Source: Chiloscyllium plagiosum
Taxonomy: Eukaryota
Length of the DNA stretch: 64,000 bases
Direction of reading: 5' to 3'
Assembly: GCF_004010195.1 (NCBI RefSeq)
Contig: NC_057750.1
Span: forward strand, 6,846,554-6,910,553
In this document: piece by piece, positions 53,491 to 64,000 of the stretch
How the letters are laid out: each line of letters opens with the position of its first letter
Position numbering within the stretch: position 1 is the first letter of the stretch
Made by a program: the position numbers and the translations under genes
Notes under the pieces: generated by a model
The model's input: only the letters and a program-made list of their open reading frames with translations
Told to the model about the DNA's origin: nothing
The model's database searches: none

Positions 53491-56314
53491 ATACCCAAAC
53501 AGGTTTTGCAGAGGTTTGTGGGATGGCTTGGATCATTTATTTGGTGCTGGAGGTATCCCTAAATTAAATTTGCAGCTTCCACAAAATGTAGGGGGAATGG
53601 ACCTCCCGGATTTGAAGAAATATCAAAGAGGCACTTTGTTGTCATATGGAGGTGAATGGGTGCACAATGACCCAAAATCGATATGGCTTGATGTGGAGGC
53701 CTAGTAGGCAAAGTGTCCCATCATAAACTTACCGTTCATGGATAAGATGAGGTTGGTGGTTGAGCACTGTGAAAGTCCGATTATCATAACTACGGTAAAA
53801 GCATGGAGGATGATGCAGCAGGGTGAGGGCAATTTGTTTAAGACTTCGCCGTTCACCCAATTAGTGGGAGCCCCAGGATTTAGACTGGGGTCAATGGAGT
53901 CCAGCTTCAGAGCTTGGGAGGGTAAAAGAATCTCCTGTCTGGGAGACCTATTTGAGGGGAAGTCTTGATGTCTTTTTAGCCAATTAGGTCAGAAATACAG
54001 AATCCCAAATGGGGACCTTTTCCGATATTTCTAAGTTAGGGGCACGTACAGAGGAAAACCACGCTCTTGACCCAGCCCCACAAGTCGGATGTAGGACAAA
54101 GTGTGCTCTGATGTGGGAACGCTCTCTCAGTCAATACCATATATCATCTGCAGAGAGGGAATGCCTTGGGGGATATGGAGACACTCCAGGAGATTTGGAA
54201 TCAGGGGTCAGGGGAAGAAATCTCATCGGAAACGTGGGAGGATATATGGGGGAATGTAAAGAAGATTTTAATATCCAATAAGGCGCAAGCAATGCAATTG
54301 AAGCTCCTCCACAGGGCCCATATGGCGCCAGAGAGACTAGCAAATTTTAAGAAAGGATCCTCCCCAAAATGTCCCAAATGTTAAAACAGTATTGGCACCC
54401 TTACACATTGCTTTTGGTCCTGTAACAAGATCTGTGGATACTGGGGGGCCATAGTGAATGAGCTGGAGAGGATCCTGGGATCTGGTGTCCCTCCCCTTGG
54501 GACTACCAAAGTTTCCCTCTCTGGATGGGCACTGGAAGAGGTTGTTTAATATCCTGACGCACTGTGCAAGGAAGACGGTCCGAATGAACTGGATATCAGA
54601 AAAACCTCCAGGTCTTGCAGGAAGGCATGGACTTGTGATGGAGCACATCCCTCAGGATTACCTGACAGGTATGGTGCACCACGGAATGGAGCAATTTTAT
54701 AAGACATGGCAGCCCTTTCTAAATTATATAGACATGGATCTGTTGGCGGTATTAATCAGGCCCTTTATATAGCCACAAGGGCTGTATGTGGTGGTCCGGA
54801 GTCTCCAGGGATGGGCAGAGAGGCCTAGTAAATCTGGGTTAAATTACTGTTGCTCCAATGGACGGGAGCTCTGATGGAAGTGCAGTGGGTGGAGCAATGT
54901 AATATAATATAGTACAATGTAGTGCAATTTAATTTTTTGGATTGTAATTTAGTTTAGTGTTATCTCATTTAATTGGAGTATGCGCTAATTTGGTTTAAGT
55001 AAATATGCATTGACTGTATCTTGGAGAATAGTAGGCAGTTTATTGTCAATGTTCCTGTAATAACAATAGCATGATATCATTTCTACGTTTCTGTACTTTT
55101 GTACTTTCATAATTTTGTTTTTTTCTGGTTTGTATATTTGTAACAAAAAAAGGGAAAAAATTTTTTTCAATAAATATATCCATTAAAGAAAAGGAAACAT
55201 CGACTCTCCTGCTTCTCAGATGCTGCCTTACTGGCTGTGCTTTTCCAGCACCACACTTTTCAACTCACAGAATATGAGTTCCCTGATTGGGGCTGCTAAC
55301 CTGGTCCAATCAGGGAGCCCTGGCTGACAGATTTAAACAGGAGTGTCAGGGGTTCTGTTCACTCTGAGAGCTGGCTCTGAGGGAGCTGGACCAGTGTCAA
55401 GGACGCACCATGTGTAAGTGAAGGGTGACTTGGTGGTGGGATACTGGCCTCTGTGGAGCTATTTCAGAGGGGTGACAGTGAGCAATGGGGGAGGGGAGCA
55501 GGGGTTGGGAAGAGGGGTATGTGTGTATCTGCATCCAGAATTTGGGAGACTTATTTAACAAAACATGTTGTGAGTGAGTTGCAAGTCAAAAAGTTCAATA
55601 CTTTTGGTAATAGTGCTGTATCTTTCTAAAGATGACTTTGAAAATAATTCAGCATAAATTCAGGAGGTTGACTGCATCAAGTCCAAAGATGCACAGGTTA
55701 GGGTGGACTGGCCTTGCTAAATTGTCCCATAGTGCCCAGGGATGTGCAGGTTAGGGTGGATTGGCCGTGCTAAATTATCCCATAGTGCCCAGGGGTGCGC
55801 AGGCTAAGTGTTAGCCATGGGAAATGTTGGTTACAGTGATGGAGACTGGTTCTGGGTGAAAGGGCCAGTGTGGACTCGATGGGCCAAATGGCATCTTTCT
55901 GCATGTAGGCGTTCTATGATTCTATGATGAAGTAAGCGAGAATGATGAAAGTGCCTCTGAAAATCAGAAAGTGGCCGACATGAAAATCTCATGAGGCGAC
56001 ATGAGATAAGAAGTTATTTTGACATCTGTGCTTCAGTCTGACTGAGGTCCAGCAGCCACCACAGAGTTCAGAACTAACAATTGGTATTTGCAATTACTCA
56101 GTTATCTCCCCCCACCACAAATGACATCTGTGAACAATTTTGGTTTCCTTGTTTGAAAAAAATCTATAATTGTTTTAGAAGTAGCCCAGAAAAGATTCAC
56201 TCATAAGGACGAACAGGTCAGTTATATCGGATGACCAGGAGGTAACAATAGATAGTTTACTCGCCATAGGTAGGCGGAAATAACCTCTGGGCCAAATTTA
56301 ACAGCTCTCCCTAC

Positions 56315-56444
56315 CTTTTTGCAGAGGACGTCTCCTTCCTGGGTGAGGATGGTGACTGAGGTATAGCATTGCTTCTTTTCGGAGGTGTTGCAGTCCCATT
56401 GGTGAGGGTGTGCCGCGAGGGCAATGTTTGCATGAAGAGACGGG
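56315..56444 (-). CDS. eml2: EML N-terminal basic-region exon (A)RLFMQTLPSRHTLTNGTATPPKRSNAIPQSPSSPRKETSSAK
   Basis: 130 bp, ccgtag|...|gtag, phase 1 to 2; similar to EML1 'ARPLMQTLPLRTTVNNGTVLPKKP...RKET' as recalled; the upstream coiled-coil exon was not found in the window. Confidence 0.82.
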
Positions 56445-57159
56445 CTACGGAGGACGGGGTGGGGGTAAGAAAGAGCAGATTGTAAATCAACGACATTTCC
56501 CCAGGAACGTTAAACCCACGCCAACCTCCAACCCAGACTGCATCTCCTATGTACTATTGAGCAGTGCTCCTCACAGAGTGATTCACAGAGTGGAGGCTCC
56601 TCTGGGCAGTCCAGAGTTCGAGAGCAGCCGCAAATTATTGTGGATGCTGGAATCTAAACTGAAAACAAAATGTGCTGGAGATAACAGCAGGTCAGGCAGC
56701 ATCTACGGAGAGAGAGTAAGCTAACATTTCAAGCATCTAGACTCTCCCTCCATGGATGCTGCCTGACCCGCTGTGATCTCCAATAATTTTTGTTTTGAGT
56801 TCAAAGGGCAAGTTGGTGATGGGCAATGCTACGGTCAAGGATATATACAAGAGAACGTTCCGAATTCTGGTCCCCAAAACAAATTGTGAGAGGAAGGGTT
56901 CTTTTTTAAAGAATTAATTCATGGGATGTAGACGTTGCTGGCTGGGCCAGTGTTTATTGACCATGTCCTTGAGAAAGTGAGGGCTGAGCTGTCTTCCTGA
57001 ATCACTGCAGTCCATTTGCTGATGGTACACTCAGAAGTGCGGTTAGAGAGGGGAGTTCCAGGATTTAGACCCAACGATATCAAAGAAGCAAAGATTTACT
57101 GCAGATGTATGGAGCATAGGTAAGACCACATCTGGAGTGCTGTGTATAATTTTAGTCTC

Positions 57160-57795
57160 AAAAGCAGAAATTGCTGGAAAAGCTCTGGAGGTATGGCAGC
57201 ATCCGTGGAGAGAAAGTAGCGTTAGCTTTTCAAATCAATGCCTCTTCTTCAGAACTGTTGGTAGGTAGGAAAATGTCGGTTTTCAGGGAGGGAGTAAGGA
57301 GTAAATGATAGGTGGGGATAGAGTCTAAAGACATTTGGACAGACGGAGTGGGTAATGATCTGGCTTGGAGGGCGAATAGCTATTAATGGGAACTGTTAGT
57401 GGCTAACAATGGGTTGTGTGTAATAGCAGATAATGTGATAACAAGGGGCCTGGTGTGTGGGGGTTGGGGTAAGGATGTGGGAGAGCTCAAGCCCTGAAGT
57501 TGTTGAACTCGATGTTGAGTCCAAAAGGCTGCAGGGTCCCTGAGGGGAAAATGAGGTGCTTTTTTCCAGCTTGCCCTGAGCTTCACTGGAGCACTGCAGC
57601 AAGCCTGAGATGGGGGATGTTGGCCAGGGAGCAGGACGGGCTGTTGAAGTGACAGGCAACAGGAAGCTCAGGGTCTTTTTTCCGGTCACCCAGTCTACGC
57701 TTTGTTTCCCCAATGTACAGGAGACCATTACATTGTGAGCAGTGGATGCAGTCAACTGGATTATGGGAAGTGCAGGTAAAGTGGTCCTCTTGCAT
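57160..57795 (-). mobile_element. Penelope-like element 3' fragment (GIY-YIG endonuclease remnant plus family-C pLTR)
   Basis: 'DCIHCSQCNGLLYIGETKRRLGDR...PVACHFNS' is a GIY-YIG signature; the family-C terminus is also seen as hairpins at ~12390, 14134, 16038, 37946, 43464, 44380 and 56640. Confidence 0.78.
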
Positions 57796-58819
57796 GGGAG
57801 TCTAAAACTGGGGGACATAATTTAAGAATAAGAGGTCTCCCTTTTAACACAGAGGTGAGGAGAATATGATTTCTCTCAGAGGGTTGGAAAAGCACAGCCG
57901 GTCAGGCAGCATCCGAGGAGCAGGAGAGTTGACGTTTCAAGCATAAGCTCTTCAACACACATTCCCGATGAAGGGCTTATGCCCGAAATGTCAACACTCC
58001 TGCTCCTCGGATGCTGCCTGACCGGCTGTGCTTTTCCAGCGCCACACATTTTGACTCTGATCTCCAGGGTCTGCAGTCCTCACTTTCTCCTTCCTTCAGA
58101 GGGTCGTTTGAGTGTGGAACTCTCTCTCCCAGAGGCAGTGGAAAGCTGGGTGTTTAAAATTTAGTCGAGGTTGCATCAGAGAGATTTTCGGTGGATGAGG
58201 CTGATGGGGTTAGGAGACAGGAGAGTGAAGCTGAGACCACAGCCAGATCAGCCGCCACCTTATTGGATGGTGGAGCAGACCTGAAGGGCTGAATGGTCTC
58301 TTCGTGACCTTGAGTCCTACCTTTCCTCACTGGACTGGCTTGGATATGTGCAGCATGAGACACCTGAAGCATAAGCAACAGCAAGGTCGTCTCTTTAGCG
58401 CAACGTGTGTGACTGTCGGGTTTGGCTGATTAATATGGATGGAAACATTACTTTCTCTGAGGAATAGGATCACTCGGGAGAGAAACATGATGTCAAAGCT
58501 TTCTAAACTGCACTCATCAGGACCAACACAAGAATGCCAAATATCAGACAACCGCAACAACTTGTTTATATCATTTACCACAAGTTATTTATTTACGGAT
58601 AAGAAGAATGTTGTGACGATTTTATAGCATTTATTAGAATGTTACAAATAAATATATGGAACACTAATATTTAAAAAACAAAAAGGCTACACTTTTATTT
58701 CTGACAGGATATCATAATGTATGGTTAATAAGAAAAATAAATATATATCAATTTATTACATTCAGTAGCACGTAAGCTGCAAAACCTTTGCAGTTCCCAC
58801 AAGTTCTCCCTTATTGAAG

Positions 58820-59560
58820 GGGCACGTGAAAATATGCAGAACAGGCCTCATCAACGTCCTGTACAACCTCAACATGACGTCCCAACTCCAATACTCAAAG
58901 GTCTGAGCAATGAGGGCAAGTGTGCTAAACACTTTTTTAACCACTCTGACTATAGAGTCATAGAGATGTACAGCATGGAAACAGACCCTTTGGTCCAACC
59001 CGTCCATGCCGACCAGATATCCCAACCCAATCTAGTCCCACCTGCCAGCACCCGGCCCATATCCCTCCAAACCCTTCTTATTCATATACACATCCAGATC
59101 CCTCTAAAATGTTGTAATTGTACCAGCCTCCACCACTTCCTCTGGCAGCTCATTCCATAACCGTACCACACTCTGTGTGGAAAAAGTTGCCCTTTAGGTC
59201 TCTTTTATATCTTTCCCCTCTCACCCTAAACCTATGCCCTCTAGTTCTGGACTCCCCGACCCCAGGGAAAAGACTTTGCCTATTGACCCTATCCATGCCC
59301 CTCATAATTTTGTAAGCCTCTATAAGATCACCCCTCAGCCTCCGACGATGTTAAACAAACTTCAACAATTATGTACGTGAACCCGTAGATCTCTCTGTTT
59401 TACAATGTCAAGGTTAGAGTGGTGCTGGAAAAGCACAGCAGGTCAGGCAGCATCCGAGGAGCAGGAGAGTCAATGTTTCGGGCAAAAGCCCTCCTTTTAA
59501 ATTGTATGAGTCCTGCCTTTGTTTGTTTTACCAAAATGCAATACCTCGCATTTATCCATG
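58820..59560 (-). mobile_element. Nested CR1 fragments plus a family-A piece (59411-59493)
   Basis: Younger CR1 tail at ~58950-59345 inside an older CR1 remnant. Confidence 0.7.
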
Positions 59561-59662
59561 GATGGTGGATGGTGCATAGACTAAAGGTTTAAGAAACATT
59601 ATTATGGAAAGGTAATGTTCAGTAACAGAGAAGGAATTTGGAAAGGGTTTGAGATGGTGTAA

Positions 59663-61451
59663 CAGCCACAATTTGCACTTATGTAACACTGTGGAAATGG
59701 GCAAAGCATCGCAAGGATGCTTTGCAGAAGAATTCGGGAACATTTGAGTCACGCGATGAGGATGTGATGCAACATCAACCAAAACACGCAGAGGCTCTAT
59801 TGGGTATTGGGTGATGCCAGGTATTCAGAGGCTTTGTTCTAAGGGAACCAGGATGGGGATTGGGAAGTGGGGATTGGAGGTGGAACAAGGCAAGACGGAG
59901 TTATATCTCTGTCCATTGTCCCATTGAGAAGCAGACAGACAGAGAAAGAGACACAGAGAGAGAGAGAGAAAGAGAGACAAAAAGAGAGAGAGAGAGAGCA
60001 AGAATGGAGTCAATGGATGGAAAGAACGAGGTGAGAAGAGAAAGAGACACAGAGAGAGAGAGGAGAGTGGGCAGCACTTCAGAGGCAAAGGAACAGAGTG
60101 TGCAGCTAGAGGCAGGCACCTGTTGGGAACAAACGCAGACAATAAGAGACTGTGAAAGATTTCAAAACAGATGGCATGATCCTGAATTCAATCCAACGGC
60201 AGAACCAGTGTGGTGGGTATTGCAACATCTAGGAGCACTCTATTTTGGATACCTTGGGATAGTAAGATTCACTGAATAAACTTCCTTGTATTGTGGTACA
60301 GAACATTCTGTGATTGTCAAAATATGTCTGAACCTTTGAAAGAGAAAAGTACGATTGCTTTTCGCTTTTGGTTTTGTGTACAAGAAGTTTTTAAGAAGAA
60401 AATAAATGACAATTGGTCATCAGCTCTAAATGATTATGGTATAACTTTAGTTAGGCTAGAACAGTAATTGTATGTAGAGGGATTTATTAACTACAGTAAC
60501 AAATATTGTGACAACAAAAGCAGATTAAAGTCTAGAAATCCTTCAGTGAGTAACTCCTGACTCCCCAAAGCCTGTCCACCATCTACAAGGCACAAGTCAG
60601 GAGTGTGATGGAATACTCCCCACTTGCCCTGGATGAGTGCAGCTCCAACAACACTCAAGATGCTCGACACCATCCAGGACAAAGCAGCCCCCGCTTGATT
60701 AGCATCACATCCACAAACATCCACTTCCTCCACCGTCGACGCTCAGTAGCAGCAGGGTGTACTGTCTACAAGATACACCGGCCTAATCAGCGACAGCCAC
60801 ATCCCATGAATACATTCTTAAAAATGGAAGACAATGCTTCAGAAGATACATTCTGTAAAAGGGATTCAGAATATTTGCACCAGGAATGTTTGTTGAGAGA
60901 AACAGCTGGAGCGTAAAGAACTAAAAGGGTCACATGAATAGAGTTACAGAACCATTGGTTATAACACAGATGAAGACCAATCAGCCCATGATTCTCATCC
61001 TGCAAGAACTTATCCCACTTACTCCACAACCTTGCAACATTTCAAATAATAATTAATACACTCTTGAATGTCTGGATTGAACCATCCTCCACTGCATTCT
61101 CAACCAGCACCTTCTCGATCCTAACCACTCACTGCAGTGAGAAATTTTCCTCATGTATTCATTGGTTCCTTTCTCAAACATTTTAAGTTTGCGTCCCCTG
61201 GTCTTGACCCTGACTGTCATCCACACAGATATAGAAATGAAAGCCAACCCCCACTTCCCAATCCCCACCCTGGTTCTCTTAGAACAAAGCCTCTGAAGAC
61301 CTGGCTTCACCCAACAGAGACTTTGCGTGTTTTGGTTGGTGTTTCATCACACCCTCATCGCGTGGTTCAAATGTCCCCTAACTCTTCTGCAAAGCATCCT
61401 TGCGATGCTTTGCCCATTTCCACAGTGTTACATAAGTGCAAATTGTGGCTG
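59663..61451. mobile_element. Non-autonomous DNA transposon / foldback element with ~210-bp terminal inverted repeats
   Basis: 59663-59877 is the reverse complement of ~61245-61451 (outer ~70 bp identical); flanked by TAA on both sides. Confidence 0.6.
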
Positions 61452-61504
61452 TAATTTGCTGAGGTCGCAGTTGACTGGGATGTGGCCTCAACTCCACTTT
61501 CTGA

Positions 61505-62100
61505 TCTACACCTGATAACCCTCACCGACCTTGACAGATGCACTATAGAAAGCATTCTATCTGGATGCATCATGGCTTTGTAAGGCAACCGCTCTGCCCG
61601 GGCCCGTAAGAAACTACAGGCAGTTGCGAACTCAGCCCAGTCCAACATGCAAGCCATTCTGTTGTGTTTCTTCCCAACACGTGTCTTTGCCTCTGAAGTG
61701 CTGCCCACTCTCCTCTCTCTCTCTGTGTCTCTTTCTCTTCTCACCTCGTTCTTTCCATCCATTGACTCCATTTATAATTCTTGCAGCTTCCAGTAAGCAG
61801 CCAGCATCAAAGACCCCCTCCCACCCTGGATATAATCTCTTCCAAACACTTCTGTCAGGCAGAAGATACAAAAGCTTAAACACACATATCAACAGATTCA
61901 AGAACAGCTTCTTCCTCTCAAATTTCTAATCTCATTCTGATCTTGCTTTTTGTACACCTTCTCTACAGCTGTAACATTATATTCCTCGCTCTGTTTGATC
62001 ACCCTATGATCTTTGTATGGTATGATTTGCCTGTACTGCACGCAAAACAAAACTTTTCACTGTACCGAGGTACATGTGACAATAATAAATCCAATCAAAC
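61505..62100 (+). mobile_element. Rex1/Babar-type LINE 3' fragment
   Basis: 'RCTIESILSGCIMA...RKKLQAV' and 'PSHPGYNLFQTLLSGRRYKSLNTHINRFKNSFF'; AATAAA plus aatc-type tail. Confidence 0.7.
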
Positions 62101-62784
62101 TTTTAATTTCCTTGTTGGTCAAGAACCTACTGCCTTGTAGCAATTACAAAACTTCAATATCTTCTGTGTGCCTGAAACATTTTGTTGTGTGTGAGGACGG
62201 TGAGGGGGAGGAGGGCAGGAGCAGGCAGAGAGTGGATGAATGCTGACAAGCCAATGAGACTGACGGGCAGCTCATTGTTACCAAGACAAGGTCACAAAAA
62301 TCGCAGCAAACTCCAGCCTTCTAATCCCTCCATAGTCTCTGTCGTGTGCATTATCCTCATGAGGCTTCACTCCCGGAGAGATCACAGTCCTACATCAGAT
62401 CTTTTCCAACTTGGATTCAGATCTGGCAAGGTCCCTTCCATCAGAACTCCCTGTTTAATAAAAAAGATACGTTGACTTCAAATATTTACAGAAGTATTTT
62501 TCCAGCACCATTGCAAACCATTGTAAAGCTTGGAGCTGCAGCATCTGGCACTTCCCAGGGTGCCCAGAAAGAAGGAAATGAGCTACCAGAACAGGAAGCA
62601 GGAGGCCATGTTTGATCCCGGTCGCTGTGATCTCAGTTGGGAAGAAACACAATGTTTCAGCACCTTCTTCCAAATTTTTGGTCCAATTTTCTCATTTTTT
62701 CATTTGTTGTCCATTGCTACTTGCCCTCAAGAGCAGCAAAGGGTCAACCTCATCGGGTGAAGACCCTCCTTAAAACCCAACTCT

Positions 62785-63035
62785 TTGGCCAGGCTCTGCC
62801 AATGAGCTTTCATTGGCCAGGCTCTGGCAATGAGCTTTCATTGGCCAGGCTCTGCCAATGAGCTTTCATTGGCCAGGCTCTGTGAGCTTTCATTGGCCAG
62901 GCTCTGCCAATGAGCTTTCATTGGCCAGGCTCTGCCAATGAGCTTTCTTTGGCCAGGCTCTGCCAATGAGCTTTCGTTAGCTAAGCTCTGCCAATGAGCT
63001 TTCATTGGCCAGGCTCTGCCAAAGAGCTTTCGTTG
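62785..63035. repeat. 28-bp tandem repeat (~9 copies) with an internal palindrome
   Basis: Unit ttggccaggctctgccaatgagctttca; CCAATGA-gctt-TCATTGG spans adjacent units. Confidence 0.92.
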
Positions 63036-63294
63036 GTTGATTCTCCATTCATTTTGGATTGAGCCGCTGTGACATGCCATGAGGGTGCTACACAAATGCA
63101 GCTTGCTGTTGTAGGTCTTTGCCTAGACTGAACCACAGGATGTCAGCAAGAGGACTCTGATCCACGCAAGGGAGTAAACAGAAGGTTGGTGAAAACTCCT
63201 AACTGACATCCATTGTTAGAGAAAGGAAGACATGCATTTGTATAGCGCCTTTAGCTGTCCCACTGCAATCAACAGCCAATGAAGCTTCTTTTCC

Positions 63295-63560
63295 TTGGAT
63301 AGTCCCTTGGGACTGAGGATGACTTTATTTCATTCTGGTGTTGTGGGTCCTGAGGTGATGAGACAATCCAATTCTTGATGTACACAGCTTGCCACAGGTG
63401 AGGAATTTCGTCTGCTCCATTTCATCTGCTCCGAGCTTGGGCTCGGGACTGCCATGGGTTGGTGAAGATCTTGCATTTCCATGAGAAGGCATTCAGGACG
63501 CCCTTGAAGTACTGCCGCTGCTCTCCTGCTCTGCACTTGCACGACAAAACTCCGAGAAGA
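63295..63560 (-). mobile_element. Degenerate RTE-clade LINE 3' fragment
   Basis: Minus-strand translation 'RAGEQRQYFKGVLNAFSWKCKIFTNPW' resembles the RTE C-terminal R..GGQ.KRFKD.LK motif. Confidence 0.45.
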
Positions 63561-64000
63561 GAGCTCGATACTGGAGTCTGGTCTCAGCAGAGCATGTTTG
63601 TGTCCAAGACATTAAATGATTTCAGGAAGGAGTTAGATATAGTTCTTAGTGTTGAAGGGACCAAAGGGATGGGGAGGAAGCTGGAAGAGGGGACTGAGTT
63701 GGATGATGAGCCTTGAATGAATGGGGGGCAGGTTTGAAGGGCTGAGTGGCCTACTGCCTGCTCCTATTTTCTACGTTTTTATGCCGTCAACCTGGCCCAT
63801 CCAACACAACTGACTGATTTCAGCCAGAGAGTGGTGGCCTGTGGAATTCATTGCCACGGAGCGCAGTGGAGGCCAGGATGCTAAATATCTTCAAGGCAGA
63901 GTTTGATAAATTCTTGATCTTGCAAGGAATTAAGAGATACGGGGACAGTGCGGGTAAGTGGAATTGAAACACCCATCAGCCATGATTAAATAGTGGAGTG

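Larger units (their letters stand above)
46345..55193 (+). mobile_element. Full-length, inactivated L1-clade LINE with nested insertions
   Basis: ORF1 remnant ~47250-47750 (DDLENR...RP.PVLVRLQHY); ORF2 from ATG 48376 (TWNIKG...LLQETHL endonuclease, YRPI.LLNVDFKILSK RT, C-terminal zinc-knuckle region to ~54772); AATAAA 55169 plus A-rich tail; degenerate TSD gaaatgtcaactc/gaaacatcgactc; many stops and frameshifts. Confidence 0.88.

Noticed and set aside
62785..63035. CRISPR-like palindromic 28-bp repeats
   Set aside because: Units are head-to-tail with no unique spacers, there are no cas genes, and the context is a vertebrate intron.

Overview
Vertebrate genomic DNA, most likely from a cartilaginous fish (shark); this is inferred from the HE1/V-SINE-like and CR1/HER1-like repeat content. 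The whole 64 kb lies inside one minus-strand gene for an echinoderm microtubule-associated protein-like protein, best matching EML2 (EML1 not fully excluded). Eight coding exons can be spliced in frame: 56444-56315, 26457-26429, 14712-14583, 12012-11863, 10492-10423, 7130-7020, 3980-3846 and 775-676. There is also a candidate internal first exon (33029-33010, MSKAAL) with its own TATA/AP-1/CCAAT promoter. Intron 14582-12013 has minor-spliceosome (U12) signals. One exon conserved in EML proteins (the 'SVWDW' WD-repeat exon) could not be found between 7020 and 3980. The introns are mostly transposable elements: tRNA-derived SINEs, CR1, Tx1, Rex1/Babar and RTE fragments, a full-length but dead L1 in a five-level nest, solo LTRs and a TAA-flanked long-TIR element. 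Many short Penelope-derived elements from three families are also present, often as inverted hairpins with 9-17 bp target-site duplications (TSDs) and carrying minimal hammerhead-ribozyme cores. No prokaryotic features or CRISPR arrays were found, and almost all ORF-track entries are repeat-derived noise.
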